Origin: Ministeria vibrans ATCC 50519
Lineage: Eukaryota; Protista; Filasterea
Assembly: GCA_943704425.1 (NCBI GenBank)
Contig: CALSCP010000863.1
Coordinates: 1 to 64,000 of the forward strand
Reading direction: 5' to 3'
DNA: 64,000 bases
Shown: in pieces, positions 1-13,342 of the stretch
Layout: every line of letters begins with the position of its first letter
Position numbering within the stretch: the first letter of the stretch is position 1
Program-made: the position numbers and the translations under genes
The notes under the pieces: generated by a model
What the model saw: only the letters and a program-made list of their open reading frames with translations
Database searches by the model: none
Told to the model about the DNA's origin: nothing

Positions 1-27
1 GAGAGCGAGAGAGAGACAGAGAGAGAC

Positions 28-72
<45 letters not shown>

Positions 73-121
73 TAGACCAGACCAAGAAAATGCTCTGCGT
101 GTTGAACTTTTTTAATATTAC

Positions 122-3100
122 CTCTTCGTCCAATTGACAGCGCGCCAGGACAGCCGCACGCCGCCATAGCCCATTAGCTTGCAAATACTTACAAGCGTCG
201 CTTTGCTTGCCGATGACACATAGCAGTTCGACGCCATGATCGAGATTGCCGTTGGCAATGAGACTTGTCGCCGCCAGTTTTACGGTGCTCATGAACGAGT
301 CGGTGCCGTTGGTGAAGCTCAGCAGACAAGCGCGCAACAGGTCAGTGTAGTAGTGTGCATGGTCCGTTGGGGGTGTTTCCATGAGCAGCATGGCGGCGCG
401 CGCTTCTCGTCCCGCGAGCGTGTGGTTCTGCACCAGCTGTTGTACAAAGCCATGATCAAAGTGGTCGTCGGCGCCTTGCACCTGATGGTGGTTGACACGA
501 TGATGTTGGTGATGAGGTGCGTGAACGTGCGCAATGTCACCCCGCTGGTTGTGAACGCGGTCAGTCTGGCGCTCGCGTAGAGTTTCCTGGACGTCCAGGC
601 GTCTCAGGCGTGATTCGAGTACTTGTGCATTGGGACGAAGCAACTGTAGAAAGCCCGGAAGCGATGGGGTTGAAGAATGGGTCGTCTCGTTGCCGTCGCT
701 ATCGGCTGCAGCTTCCACTGGACAATCCGTGTCCTTCTTTACGTGCTGTGCAAGTCGTTCCTGGACCAGCAGCCAAAAGTTGGCTTCACGCTCGTCACCA
801 AAATAGCGCGCTGTAAGCAGACAGCGACTAACTGTGTCCGGCGCACAATCGAGGCTGTTGGCAAGGTGCTCGGGCAGCGCCTGAAAGGCGGCCGCGACGC
901 GTTGGGCCACAGCACGAGACTCGGCCGACGGATCCTTGTGGCTGCCGTTGCCACCGGTCTGTGTCGCGTCGCTCAAGCTGATAAGGTCATCAGTGACAGT
1001 GCTCATGGTGGAGGTAGAGGGTGAGGGTGAGGGTGGAAACATGATCACGTCGCTGTCCATGGCGACGGAGGTGGCTGTTGTGGGGATGGCAGACGCAGTA
1101 TCGGTCACAATAGCAGCGGCAAGCTGCTTTGTCGTGGAGACGGACGAGGGAAGCCAAGGATGGTGGCGCATGAGGGTCTTGAGGTGGAAGGCGACGGGAG
1201 GGCTCATCAGATAGGGGCTGCTGAGGGGCTCGCTCAGTTGGTAGGCCGAAAAGGGCGAGGTACAGCGCTTGAGAGAGCGGTCAAAGATGGAGAGAGCGCC
1301 CGATTCAGTGATGATGATGGGACGCTCGGCGGAGAGCCAGCCGGCAGACGAGATTGGCTCGATGATGCGTGAGAAGTTGTTGCGCGGTATCTGTGGAGCC
1401 GACGACGATGATTTGGAGGTTGAGTTGGACAAGGAGGATGCAGGCACGTCATCGCCGGCAGTGTTGAGCAGACTGGAGAGTAGGGTAGAGGGAGTGGGAG
1501 TGCGCACGACGCGAAGTTGACTGACCGGCTGAGCCGTGGCCGCGTCCCACAACTCGACGCCCGAGTTGAAGTGGAGCAAAAAGGTGGAGTTGCCGCGACC
1601 GGGAGCAAAGCGAATGCGACGTACACAGCCATGGCCAGTGTTTTTAGTGGTGCTCGAGCGCGCCTTGAGATCCCACAAGTGTACAAGGCCGTTGACGTCG
1701 CCCGTGATGAGCGTGTCGTCCTTCCAGCCCATGGCAGTAATCATGCCCATGCCAGGCTCTGGGTTGATCCCCTGACTGCCCGCGTGCACGCCACTGCCCT
1801 CGACGGAGAAGTGAAAGAGCGAACCGTCCATAATGGTGAAGACAAAGTGCTCGCGCGAGTAGACGAGTGGTGCAGGCGCCAAGGCACCGTCGCCTGAAGG
1901 GTCCAAGTGCAGTGGCGCATCCGATTGGGCAACTGCGGCGGCTGCGGCTGCCGAACCCACAGCGCCATCGACTGTCGACGCACCAGCTGTACCGCCGCTG
2001 CTGTTGGTGGTGCCCACCTTGTGCTGGTGGCGCTTGAGTTTGTTGGGGTGCACAGGCGACCATTCGAGGGCGGTGGTCTGAGTGAACAGAGGCATGTTGC
2101 GGATGGGCATGGCTTCGCGTACGTCCCACAGCTCCAGGGGCATCACATCAAATGCAATAATAGCGTACTGACTGAGTCCCGACACACGCACAGTGCGAAT
2201 CCGTCCGACGTCATTGGCGGTGGGGCGGAAGGGACGCGAGAGTCCAGTTTCGAGTGACACAATCGACACGTAGTTAGTGACTGTCGGCGACGCACGGTGG
2301 CCAGCGGAGCCGCCCGACGAGGATGACGAACCACCACTGCCACCACTTGCACCACCACTGCCACCGCCACCACCACCGCTCGCGGTGCTGTTTCCGCCTC
2401 CACTCGTTCCGCCACCCAGAGCGCCGCTAAGAGAACCCTTGATGTTCGGCACAACACCGACGGCACCACTCGAGGAAGAGTCGGCGCCTGAGCTACCGCC
2501 CTTTGCAGCGGCAGCGGCAGCAGCAATGGCCGACTGAGACATGTTCTCGTAGCCATACACAATGATAGTCTCGAGATCGATCCATTGGATGCCAAGAACG
2601 GCACACGGGAGCACACCAATGTTGCGTATGGTCTCCATGGTGCCAAGGTGCAGCAGCGAGACGGAGCCGTCCTCGGACCCAACGGCAAGCAACGGCTGGT
2701 ATGCGGCCCAGTTGCGCGTGTCGAGGCCAGGTCCGATCGAGACGCACGAGTGCGACGAGAGAGGTCGTTCGGTGTAGGTTGAGAGGACGAGTCGAGGGGA
2801 GGGGACAAAGGGAGGCGTACAGTACTTCCAGAGGAAGGTCCGCCCGTCGGACGCGACCCCGACGACAGCGCAGGCACTTGTGTGGCTCTCGTCGCCCACA
2901 CCATAGTATTGGGGATCCAGGGCGAGTGCAGTGAGACGCACACCGCGGCCAAGACGAAGCGCGTCGGAGTAACAGCTGAGCTGGAAGGCCACGAGAGCGT
3001 CAGCGTTGTTGCTGGTGCTCTGGCGCACACAAACGGCACCACTCTCGTGCAAACAAATGAGCATCTGGGGTGCGGCCGGGCCCGTGCGCGTGACACAAAG

Positions 3101-4422
3101 AGAGCGAAAGGGCGACTGGCCACGTTCGAGGTGGACTGAGTGAATGGCACAGGCGGCGTGTGGCTCGAGGTCCACTACGACAATCTCGGTGGGATAGAGC
3201 AGAAAGAGAATGGATGGCTCGTTGGGAGAATACTCGACTTGAAGGCACGCTGACGATGCAATGGATTTGGCGGTGATGGCCGGGACAACGTGTGCCACCG
3301 AGATGAAGCCCTGCGACATTTCTGACGAGGTGGTGGTGACGATGGCACTGCCGGAGGCAGCGGCGTGTGCCACAGCGGACGTACTGGAGGTCCCGCCAGA
3401 TGCAAGGCTGTTGGGACCGTTGCTGCTTGCACTGCTGTTGCGCGTGAATGAGGCTGTCGAGGCGGCACGAGTGGTCCGCTTGAGAACAGCGTTAAAGAGG
3501 CCCGACGACGTTGATGTAGAGGTGGCCGCCGAGGTTGAAACGTCAGGAGTGGACGAGGGTGAGTGAGCGACGGATGTAGTGGATGGAACAGTGGTAGATG
3601 TGGGAGCGAGGGTGCTGTCGGCGACGAGGTGCCAGCGGGTGCGACGCGTCGGAGCATGCGAGTGTGACAGGTCGTCGATATGGATGATGGAATTGGTCGT
3701 GGTGTGAACCACTGCTTTGGAGGGTGAGAAGGGGTCGAGGGCAAAGCGCACAGCGCCCGCACCCATATTGCAACGCCAGAGAGCACGGCCCGCGTCCACA
3801 TCCCAAAAGTAGAGGGTGCCCAGACCCGAGGAGGTGGCGTGCAGAGAGACGAGGCAGTTTGCGCGCGTCCGGTGCCAGTGCAGGTCTAGCACGGCGCCAC
3901 TGGGGTCGTTTGAAGGACGCAATTCGCGCTTAATGCGGCCCGACTCGACACGCCACACCACAATGGTGCCGATGGTGTCGCCTGAAGCAAGGCGGAGCTT
4001 GTACGGCGACGATTCGGGCGAATGATGTTGACGGTCGGGCGCCCACTCCAGCGCCGTCACCAGCCCCACATGGTGCACCAAGGTCTGCACAGAGGCAAGC
4101 AGAGACGAACGTGCGTCGAACACATCGATTTTAGCGTGTGAGGCGGCCGCTGTGAGGCCGTGGTGGCCCACATCCACTGCCCCGTAGTTCTGTGGAACGA
4201 AAAAAAAACGGAAAGGGTAAAGGAGAGAGAACGAGAGAGAGTAAGAACCGAAAACAGAAAGGGTGTTGCGTGCAGAGGACATGGCTGCTCTTTGCATGGG
4301 TGCTCGTGAGCGGGGAGGAGAGTGTGGGAGAGAAAGGAGAAAGAAAGAAGAGTTTTTTCTTAAAAACGAGTCACCTGGACATGAAGCCCGCCCGTCAACG
4401 AGCGAGCTGATATGACGCTCAT
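122..4422 (-). CDS. WDR11: WD repeat-containing protein 11 (partial; exon 1 4422-4375, exon 2 4189-122, continues past the left edge)
   Basis: The spliced N-terminus MSVISARSLTGGLHVQ|NYGAVDVGHHGL...VTALEWAPDRQHHSPESSPYKLRLASGDTIGTIVVW...FALDPF resembles WDR11 (SARTLTGALNAHNKAAVDWGWQGL; SPYCLRLASADVNGKIIVW; FSFDPF). There is a GT donor at 121-120. The frame has no stop before position 1, which explains its absence from the ORF track. Confidence 0.9.
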
Positions 4423-4659
4423 ACCACAAGCGTTACAATTAAAAAAGAAAAGAAAAAAGAAGAAGAAGAAAAAAAAAAAAGAAAGGAGTTTCGTTGATTG
4501 TTGATCACTCGATCGATTAATTTTTTATCGTCGCTCACACACGCTGTCGCTTGCTCTCTCGCAGCCGTCGTCGTCTTTCTTACATCTTTTATATCTTTCC
4601 TTGGCACATTTTTCGCGTTCTTGAAAGGAGAAAAAAACGGGACGGGGCACTTTTAAAGA

Positions 4660-7417
4660 ATGGGAGTGGACACGGACGAGAAGACGCCTCTGGTGGTAGG
4701 AAACAAGGGAGTGGGGCACGCCACAACACACTCACTGTGGCCTGCGGGCTCTCTGGTATGTGTGTAGCGCAACGAGTCGCAGCTGACGACGACGAGCACG
4801 GTGTACGTGCGGTATGCCAGTCGCTGGTACATGCTCTTTCTGCTGTGCCTTCTCAACGTAAGCCCACACGCACCCCAGCGGCCGCCTCCGCCGCGCGCCG
4901 GTGTCCCTGGCGTGCCCGTCGAACCCAAGCCATGGACTGGTCGACGCGTGTCTCTGCTGCGCCTTGCTGACACTCGTTGCGACTCCCTTCACCTTCCAGG
5001 TTGCCAATGCATCCGTTTGGGTTACGTACGCACCGATTGCGACCGTCTCGGAAATATACTACGACGAAGACATCACAGCGATCAACTGGCTCAGTGAATG
5101 CTTCATGGCCATTTCAATTCCGTTTGGATTCATTGCCTCTTGGGCGCTGGACGCCAAAGGCCTTCGCTTTGCGGTGAGTCATTGAGTGATTTAGACGGAG
5201 GGCCCACAACCCGCACTGATGTACGTGGTGTATTATAGGTGATGTTTGGTGCGTGGGTGAATGCTGTAGGCGCGTGGGTTCGCTACTTGAGTGTTTTTGA
5301 AGAGGATCGTCACAAACAGTTTGGTATGCAGACTGTTCGAGTAGATTGTTGATGTTTCTCGTATGACTAATTTTGTCTCGACAGCGATTGTGTTTGTGGG
5401 ACAGTCTATGTGTGCATTGGCACAGTCGTTTATTTTGAGTGCACCCACCAAGATGGCTGCCACGTGGTTTGGCGAGAAGGAGCGAGGCACAGCGAACATG
5501 ATCGCATCAATCTGTAAGTGTTTGTGTCTGCACACGCGCACACATGAGAGTGCGTCATGTGTGTGCATGTGTGTGCATGTGTGTGTGTGTGTGTGTGTGT
5601 GTGTTGAATACGTGTCGTGTGTTTTCTGTGTGTATGTAGCCAACCCGCTGGGCATTGCCGTGGCGGGAATTGTGGTTCCCATTGTAGTGAAGAGTCCGAC
5701 GGGAGACGAGATTCCAACACTGGTGAGATTACTTTAAATGTCATTGGGAGAACACAGAGAAAGGGAAACAAGAACACTAAAATAATGTGTTCTTTTTTTG
5801 TAGCTGTGGATTTTGGCAATTCCCAGTACAGTTGCACTTGTGCTGGCGCTGTTTACTCTCAAGTCAAAGGTGCGAAGTTGTGCATAATACGAAATATGCA
5901 AATGTATCAACGCTCAATGTCGCATGCATGTCTCTCTTTGGGGTATCTCGTTCTGTGCGTCTCTCGCTTTATCTCTTTCTGTGGTATATATACATATATA
6001 TATATATGTATATATGTGTGTGTGTGTGTGTTTACCGCTGTATGTGTCTCTGACTTTTTCTCTATCACTTTGTTTCTTTCTCCCTCCATTCTTTCTCCCT
6101 CCATTCTCTCACTATCACTTTGTTTCTTTCTCCCTCCATTCTCGCTGAATTGCTTTGTTTTTTTCTTCCTCCATTCTCTCACTATCACTTTGTTTCTTTC
6201 TCCTCTCCAGCCTCCGTCTCCGCCCAGTGGCTCTGCTGAGGAGGAGTCCCATGAGTTTTTTCTCGGTTTGCGCACCATCTACAAAATCAAGCCCTATGTT
6301 CAACTGTGGTTTGTCTTTGGTATCGGTGTGGGTATTTTCAATGCGTACGTGTCAAATAACAAACGAACCGGTTCCTTTGTTGTTACTGATGTCATCATTT
6401 GTTATAGTGTGACGACTCTTATGGAGCAGATCATTCAGCCACACGGATACAATCCCGTAAGAAAGATCCACATTGCTAATCCATTTACAGCTTATTGACA
6501 TTCGTTGACGCTCTTATTGGCATTAATTGTTGACGCGCTTTTTCATATTGCCCATGGATCGACTTGCTCAATTGGACTCTCGCGAACTCAATCACTCCAT
6601 CATTGACTCACGCATTCTCACTCGATCATTGTCTCAAAATCATCATTTGTGTATATAGACACAAGCGGGGTTCTTGCAGGCCCTGCTAATTATTGCGGGT
6701 CTGGGCGGTGCAGCAATCACCGGGCCTATTGTGGATCGTACAAAGGCCTATCTGACTGTCCTAAAGACTGGTGCGACCCCCTCCTCTCTCTTTCCATTCC
6801 TTCTTATGTCTGTCTCTCTCGACCATGTAGCTTTTGTGCTGGCTGTGCTGAGTTTCGTGTTTCTCACCGTCATTTCGCTCTACGAGTACACCAAACTGCA
6901 CTTTATCCTGCTCAGTCTGGCCAGTGCGCTGGTTGGAATGCTTTGTTTCAGGTAAAGGCCAAAAAGAAAAAAAAAAAAAAAAAAAAAAAAACACTCACAC
7001 AACTATGTTGCACCTTGGCGTCACTAACCGTCTTGGTACAGTATTCTTCCTGTGTGCCTTGAGCTGGGGGTTGAGACGAGCTATCCGGTGGCAGAGGGCA
7101 CGAGCGCAGGGATGTTGTGGGTAGGTGGGCAGATGTGGGGTATCATCTTTGTGAGTGCGATGGGAGCCATGACGGACAAGACGACCGGTAGCATGGCCAA
7201 TGCCACCTACTTCATGTGTGGCGTTGCTGGCTTTGCTCTGATCCTCTGCCTCACGCTCTTCACGCCATACAAGCGACTCATGGCCGAACGTCTCATGGAC
7301 GAAACGCAACCTATTTTGGTGACCATCCCCGAAGACGACCTTCGGAGTGATACCAACAACAACGACGACCTGTCCAGCCGACCCATCGTGTCGCCTTCCA
7401 TCCAGTCCGACATGTAG
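4660..7417 (+). CDS. MFS transporter, SLC49 (FLVCR/MFSD7/DIRC2) family, multi-exon
   Basis: Spliced exons give YASRWYMLFLLCLLN|VANASVWVTYAPI...INWLS...[45 protein letters not shown]...PPSPPS...CLELGVETSYPVAEGTSAG, which are SLC49 signatures. All introns are GT-AG; TAG stop at 7415-7417. Confidence 0.9.
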
Positions 7418-7487
7418 TGTAGAACAGACAATTATATCGAAATTCCCAAGTCTTTATTCATAGTACACCACCTTGTTTACACTTCCT

Positions 7488-7979
7488 TCACTCCACATCC
7501 ATATCCATTCGCGCTCTTTTCCGCTTTCCCTCTCCCTCCCCCACCTCTTCATCCTCCTCCTTCCCACCGCCAGTACCCCCTTCGTTTGCCTGTTCCCCAC
7601 TTCCAAAACCACCGCTCGTCCCTCCCGTCTCACTGCTCGTCCCCCCCTTTTTCTTCTCCGTTGGATCCATTTCACGAATGTCTTCGCCCAGAGCCGCACG
7701 TCGAGATGCCTCCAAGCGATACAACACAACCCGCCGCTCCTCCTTTCTTTGCTCCACATGCTAAACACAGAAAAAAATACATAAAGACACCACCACCACA
7801 TAGAGGCCACGCACACATATATATTATTATTATATTTATATTTATATACCCGTTGGAGCTCGAGCAGCTCAATAATGTCATCGCGTAGTCCATCAAACTC
7901 ATTGCAGACTGCCTCAGTTGGAAGAAGTTGAACCAGACAGCCCAACGAGTCCAGCAGCTGATCAACACCCCGAGTCTAC

Positions 7980-8077
<98 letters not shown>

Positions 8078-9449
8078 AAAAAAAGAGAGTATGAGGAGAG
8101 AGAGAATGCGAGAGCGGGTTGTAGTGGTGTACCAGTCGTGGTGCCAACACATACGAGACCAGTCGATCACTGCGCGCAGACACTCCACAAATGCGCTCCT
8201 TCGCCTGAGTTTTCTACCATCATCAAAACGTAATGCAGTTAATGTGTGTGTGTCGATCTATCGATTGAAAAAACACAAGGGCATACCGACTTTTTCTTTC
8301 CCGCGTCATCTCCATCAGCGACGACCTTCCTGGGGCGCCCGCACTTGCGTGGTGCATGTACTGTGCCCGTACGCAAACTCTGCGCTTGCATCTGTAACAA
8401 GCGAGTGTGAGAAGATGGAGAGAGAGCAAAGAGAAAATGATAGAGAGCGAGCGCAAAGTGAGAGAGAGATCAAAGTGAGAGAGAGCGAGAAAATGTTCGA
8501 AACCACTATAAATGCGAAATGGTCGCAAACACGATAAAACATCAATTATACAACAAGCGACTGACTGACCTTTGCCTGGTCGCGATCCTTTCGCCTCGCT
8601 TCGATTTTCTTGAGTTTGTCGGTGAGATCTGCTTCGACAGCGAGTTCTTCTTGGCTGCGCTCCAGCAGCGCCTCCAGTTGAGTCTTGCGCGCCTGTTCAT
8701 GGGCTACGTCGTATTTGCGCGACGCTGGATTTCCCTTCTGCAGATAAAAAAAAGTGTGAGTGTTGCATAATGAACATACACTATATCATATTTCCTATTA
8801 CATTGCGCTTCTTTGTATCATCCTCGTCGTCGGATGCGCCTCGAGCAACAACAAGTGTCTCGGCAACGGCGTAATAGCGCTCCTTGAGCTCTTCAATGCA
8901 ACGGGGGGACACCCCCCACTCGTCGGCAATGACAGCATAACGATCGGCAATAGGAATGAAGCGCAAGTCGTACTGTCGCGCCAGTGACACAAGTAGGTCT
9001 GTTTCGCGTTGCGTCCATTGCTCGCTCGTCAAGTGCGCTCTGTACTCATCGTCGGTGTAGCTGACGGTTTCCACAGACTACACAAACAGTTCAAAATATA
9101 GAACACAGCATATACAAACAAACAAGGAGAGAGAGAGACAGAGAGGGAGAGACAGAGAAAAAGAAACAAAGTGAAAGAACAAAGTGAGAGAGAAAGAGCA
9201 AAGTAGGAACAACAAAAAAATAAAGAAAAAAAACAAAGTAGAAAGAGCAAAGTAGAAACCACCAAGTTACTAAAGTCATAAAGACGTAATAAAGTGAAGA
9301 CACAAAGTAAAAACGATACAGCGAGCTGGGGTACCTTGTTAAACTTGGCAAAGGGATAGACGGGCGGGTCGTCTTGTTCGCTTCGCTTGCGCCAATGACT
9401 ACAAAAAAACCAAAAATCAAATCTCATCCAGCTTGGCGAGCAGGAACGT

Positions 9450-9544
<95 letters not shown>

Positions 9545-10086
9545 TATACATACACATACACACGTGATGATGGGTTCGAGCAAGACGAGATGCGTACCAG
9601 AGTTTCAGTCCGTCGGTACGAGCAGGATTCTCAAAAGGCTGCCATGTCCAAGGCACCGCACGACGGTTGCCCAGCCGAGCCTTTGTCTGCTTATACCTAA
9701 ACACGCACACATACACCAGCACCACCACACACAGTCGTCAGTACGTCAAACAGCCTGCCTTGACGCCGCGCGTACCCTCCTTCGGCGGCCGTGGACGAAG
9801 GGATCACGGGCGGAAGACCAAAGCTGCCCAAGTTGAACACCTCGCGACTCATTCCTTTGGGGCGCACAGCGACCGATTTCGAGGCGGGTTTCTGCACAAC
9901 ACGAATAAACACAATGAGACGGCTACTATGATCAGGCGTGGATGTCGCATTGAGAAACGCATTGAAACAGAGCAAAATCGAACGAAACAGAGAAATAGAC
10001 TCACAACCTCCTGGCGTTGTTGCTCTTCTGTATGTACTTGGGTGTATGCGGCGCGTGCCTGGGCACGCATGTCGCTNNNNNNNNNN

Positions 10087-10124
<38 letters not shown>

Positions 10125-10330
10125 TACAAAAGTGTAGGGTTAATAGGAAAGGATGGCAAGAGAAGGAGTATGGACGGGCATGGAGAGAGGGGACGGCGGG
10201 GTGTGCGTACCAGGCCACCCTCAAGCAGTTCCTTTGCTTTGGCTTCGGCAACGCCCCCAGCCGAGGCAATGGCTGCCTCTTCAGCGCTAGGCAGCCCCAT
10301 GATGTCACGCAGATCCGTTGATCCCGCCAT
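7488..10330 (-). CDS. DMAP1: DNA methyltransferase 1-associated protein 1 / SWC4 (NuA4/SWR1 subunit, SANT domain), multi-exon
   Basis: Motifs DLRDIMGL, RPKGMSREVFNL, WTWQPFENPARTDGLKL-HW, YPFAKFNK, YTDDEYRAHLTSEQWTQRETDLLVSLARQYDLRFIPIADRY, IEELKERYY and PTEAVCNEFDGLRDDIIELLEL. Confidence 0.93.
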
Positions 10331-10468
10331 GCTTGGTGTAAACAAAAAAAAAAAATGTGTGTGTAATGTTGTTGTTTTATTCTCTGATCTCGCGGAAGGA
10401 AACTTATCCTCGGTGTATCCTCGCGAGCCATCGAGACAGTGACGCCACTTTACACTTCAGTAAATAGT

Positions 10469-10503
10469 GAGTACTGACTAATGAGTACTCCATACGGAGT
10501 ACT
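10469..10503. promoter_or_regulatory. Three GAGTACT motifs at 14-bp spacing in the DMAP1/HSF-A divergent promoter
   Basis: GAGTACT occurs at 10469, 10483 and 10497. The palindromic AGTACT core also occurs in other upstream regions (49058, 62925). Function is inferred only. Confidence 0.35.
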
Positions 10504-10689
10504 GAGTGACACTTGGGGCGCTGACAGAGCTCATGGCTCAATCAAAATTGTGTGACATATGTGAAACTCACTCCCACATATACCCCGAAAAAAAGTAATC
10601 AGTTCGTTACTCATTTTGTTCTGTGCTCGCCTTTCGCCTCCGCTCGACACCTCCGTCTAAACCCGACCAACGCACACGGCGCCAGCACC

Positions 10690-12775
10690 ATGTCACAGTC
10701 GGTAGGAGTTGTTTGGACCTTTTTTCTAACAACATTCACGCACGCACTCGAATCGCCCCTTACACTGCTTTAACTTGACAGAGTGGTACCGCACGAAACT
10801 CCATGGAGTCGTCCGACTCACGCGGGGATAATGCACCTGGAAGTGATACCAAACAAAGGGCAATGGAATTGCTTGGTCATCTTCCCTACAACGCCGACGA
10901 GGTTCACCCTGATATGCACGGATTATGGCAGTTGATCAATGACAGGGTATGTTGCCGGCAAAAATGCGCGCATCGGACGCTCTGAACGTGAGAAAAGCTC
11001 ACCGTGAGAACTAAACTGTTCGGTTTTAACACCTCTACAGCAATCGCATCAATGGCTCTTCTGGAGTGCCGATGGCCTCGCCTTTCTTGTAAAGTACTCC
11101 AAGGAGTTTGAACGGTCCCGTTTGCGCTTCTACTTTCGCGTAAGAAACGAGACAGCGTGCAAAGAGTGTGTTTCGGAATGCAGCTTGGTAACACCTCGTT
11201 CCGTCGCTGTTCATTTTCGCAGAAGGCAACCGTTCGAAGCTTTGTCCGCAAGCTTGAAGCGTTCCAATTCAAAAGGTATGCATGATCCTTGGCTTCTGAC
11301 CTCCAAGAACACCCTGTGGAAGGCAGAACCATTGGGGGTGTCGACCTTTTTTTTTCTTTTTCGTTTCGTTTCTCGCTTTGCTTTCTCAGCTCTGACCTTC
11401 CATTTCTTGCCATAGAGTCGAATTCAGCGCGGGCGAGCAGCCGGAAGGCGATTGGGTGAAGCTGATGGTACGCCGGCGCAGTTCTTTCCAGCGCATTGCG
11501 CTCGTCTCAACCAGCGTCCTTTTTTTTTTGTGTGTTTGTGTGTCTCTTTTTGTAGCATCCCAACTTCCAGCGCGAGCAGCCATCTCTGCTGCGCGACATA
11601 CAAGTGTCCGAAGTAACCCATTCTCCCGTGTGGCGAGTCACCTCAGCGCAAGAGTAAGTCGTTGCGTCTTTATTTGTCTTTTTTTTTTTTTTTTTTCTCC
11701 CCGCTCCCCCAACGTGTCATCCCACCCTCCTCGGCCGTTATTTCAACCTTCTTTATGCACCACCACCTCGTTGGCTTTCAATCCATCGTCACTCCGTCAC
11801 CATCTATGCGTCCTCACGTTATTTGCACATTGTTCAATGTGACGTCAGTATCACTATTCGGCCTTTTATTATTCATTTATTATAAATTTCCTTTTTCACT
11901 CCCGTCGTCGTAGCATGGAACGGGCATTATCCGATAAAGCAAATCGAGTGGCGAAACGCACACACGCTGCCTCTCTGCAGCAGCGCACTCCACCCGCAGC
12001 ACACAAGCGAAGCAACTCACAGCAACAGCCACAGCAGCATCAAAACGTTCCTTATCAGCATGATTCTCAATTGACTTTGGTCAATATGGACGATGGCCTG
12101 CCATGGAAACGGCAACGAACTGTTATCATGTCGATGGGCCCATTTGATACCGAGTCGTCGTGTACATCGCTTGCCTCGCCTGTCGTGAGTACGGCGACGC
12201 CGGCCGGTGTGAGCTCGAATGCCTTTGGCACCGCTTGCGGAGTGCCTCTATCACGCGATCCCAGTCTGCCCGCCGCCACCACCTCCGCCACTTCCTTATC
12301 CTCCTCTCGTCCCTCGTACCTGCCCCCGCCATCATCTTCTACTCCACTCAGGTCCACGCGACTCCAGCCAAGAAGCAGTACCTCCAGCACAGGTCATATG
12401 GCATCAACAGCATCGCTCTCCCCGCACGAGCCCCAACAGACCTACTCTTCTCTTGCCTCTGGTCGCACCATCAACAGCGCCGAGACGTCACAGTCGTCGC
12501 TCTACTCGCTCCTTGAATCTTCTTCCGCCTCCTCCCTCTACTCTATTCCACCCTCCTGCACTGCTGCAGTCCAGCCTGCCTGCTCGACAACCGCCATCAC
12601 CGAGGGCGCTGGTGGCGGCAACACCTACTTGTCCCCCTCCCATTTCTCGTGTGCTCCTTGCCCTTACCCTAGCCAACAAGACATCCTCTTTTTTGCGCCG
12701 TGTCCCGCCCAGCAGCCCTTCTCATCTCACTTCACGCCCACTCCGTGGACACCGCAACAGCAGGCTCGCCACTGA
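10690..12775 (+). CDS. Divergent HSF-type DNA-binding-domain protein (HSF-A), 7 exons, S/P/T/Q-rich C-terminus
   Basis: Spliced: ...DMHGLWQLINDR|QSHQWLFWSADGLAFLVKYSKEFERSRLRFYFR|KATVRSFVRKLEAFQFKR|VEFSAGEQPEGDWVKLM|HPNFQREQPSLLRDIQ...; the last exon is ORF 11915-12775. This matches the HSF DBD pattern (LW.L..D...I.WS.DG..F; SFVRQLN.YGF; HP.F.R....LL..I). Confidence 0.85.
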
Positions 12776-13342
12776 GCGAGACCAAACATTTAACTGAAGA
12801 ATACACCACACACAATTCCACCATCCCTCTGACACTACCTACAGCCGCTCAGATCTCGGTCTGGTCGCAGCATCAAAAAATTGACGAATGAGAAGATGGA
12901 GAGGGGAAAGGGGAGAGGGGAGAGAGGAGAGGGGAGACAGAGAGAGAATGAGACGCTCGAGACAATTGAGACACAACAAACAAATTTCTGGCCTCTTTAA
13001 ATTCTTGCAGTTGTCTTCATTCCTCTTCTCTTCACGACAGACTGAATCTCTCTTGTCGTCTCAGAGTCTTGACACTATAAATTATGAAAAGCATTCGTAT
13101 TTGTTCCGTCGGATCCCCGTTGGATCTAACCACCGAAATAGCAATTACGCAAGTAAAATAATACGATTATACGTAACACAAATCAAAATTGTTCTTTGCG
13201 TTGGAGAATAATTGAAAACGGAAAGCCCCTTCTTACAAGACTTCGGAGCCACCCGCCTAGGTGGTAGTTTTTTTTGAGTTGTGTTTGGGTCGAGTGACAG
13301 TTTGATCCTATCCTGACTTCCCTCGGCGCCTTTCACCACCTT

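Noticed and set aside
236-4025. Many short ORFs on both strands
   Set aside because: They are shadow frames of the 4-kb WDR11 exon on the minus strand.
7928-8233. ORFs encoding poly-(RE), poly-(SL), poly-(HT) or poly-(CV), also near 9400, 16260, 25850, 29400 and 46900
   Set aside because: They are translations of intronic (GA)n/(CT)n/(CA)n microsatellites.
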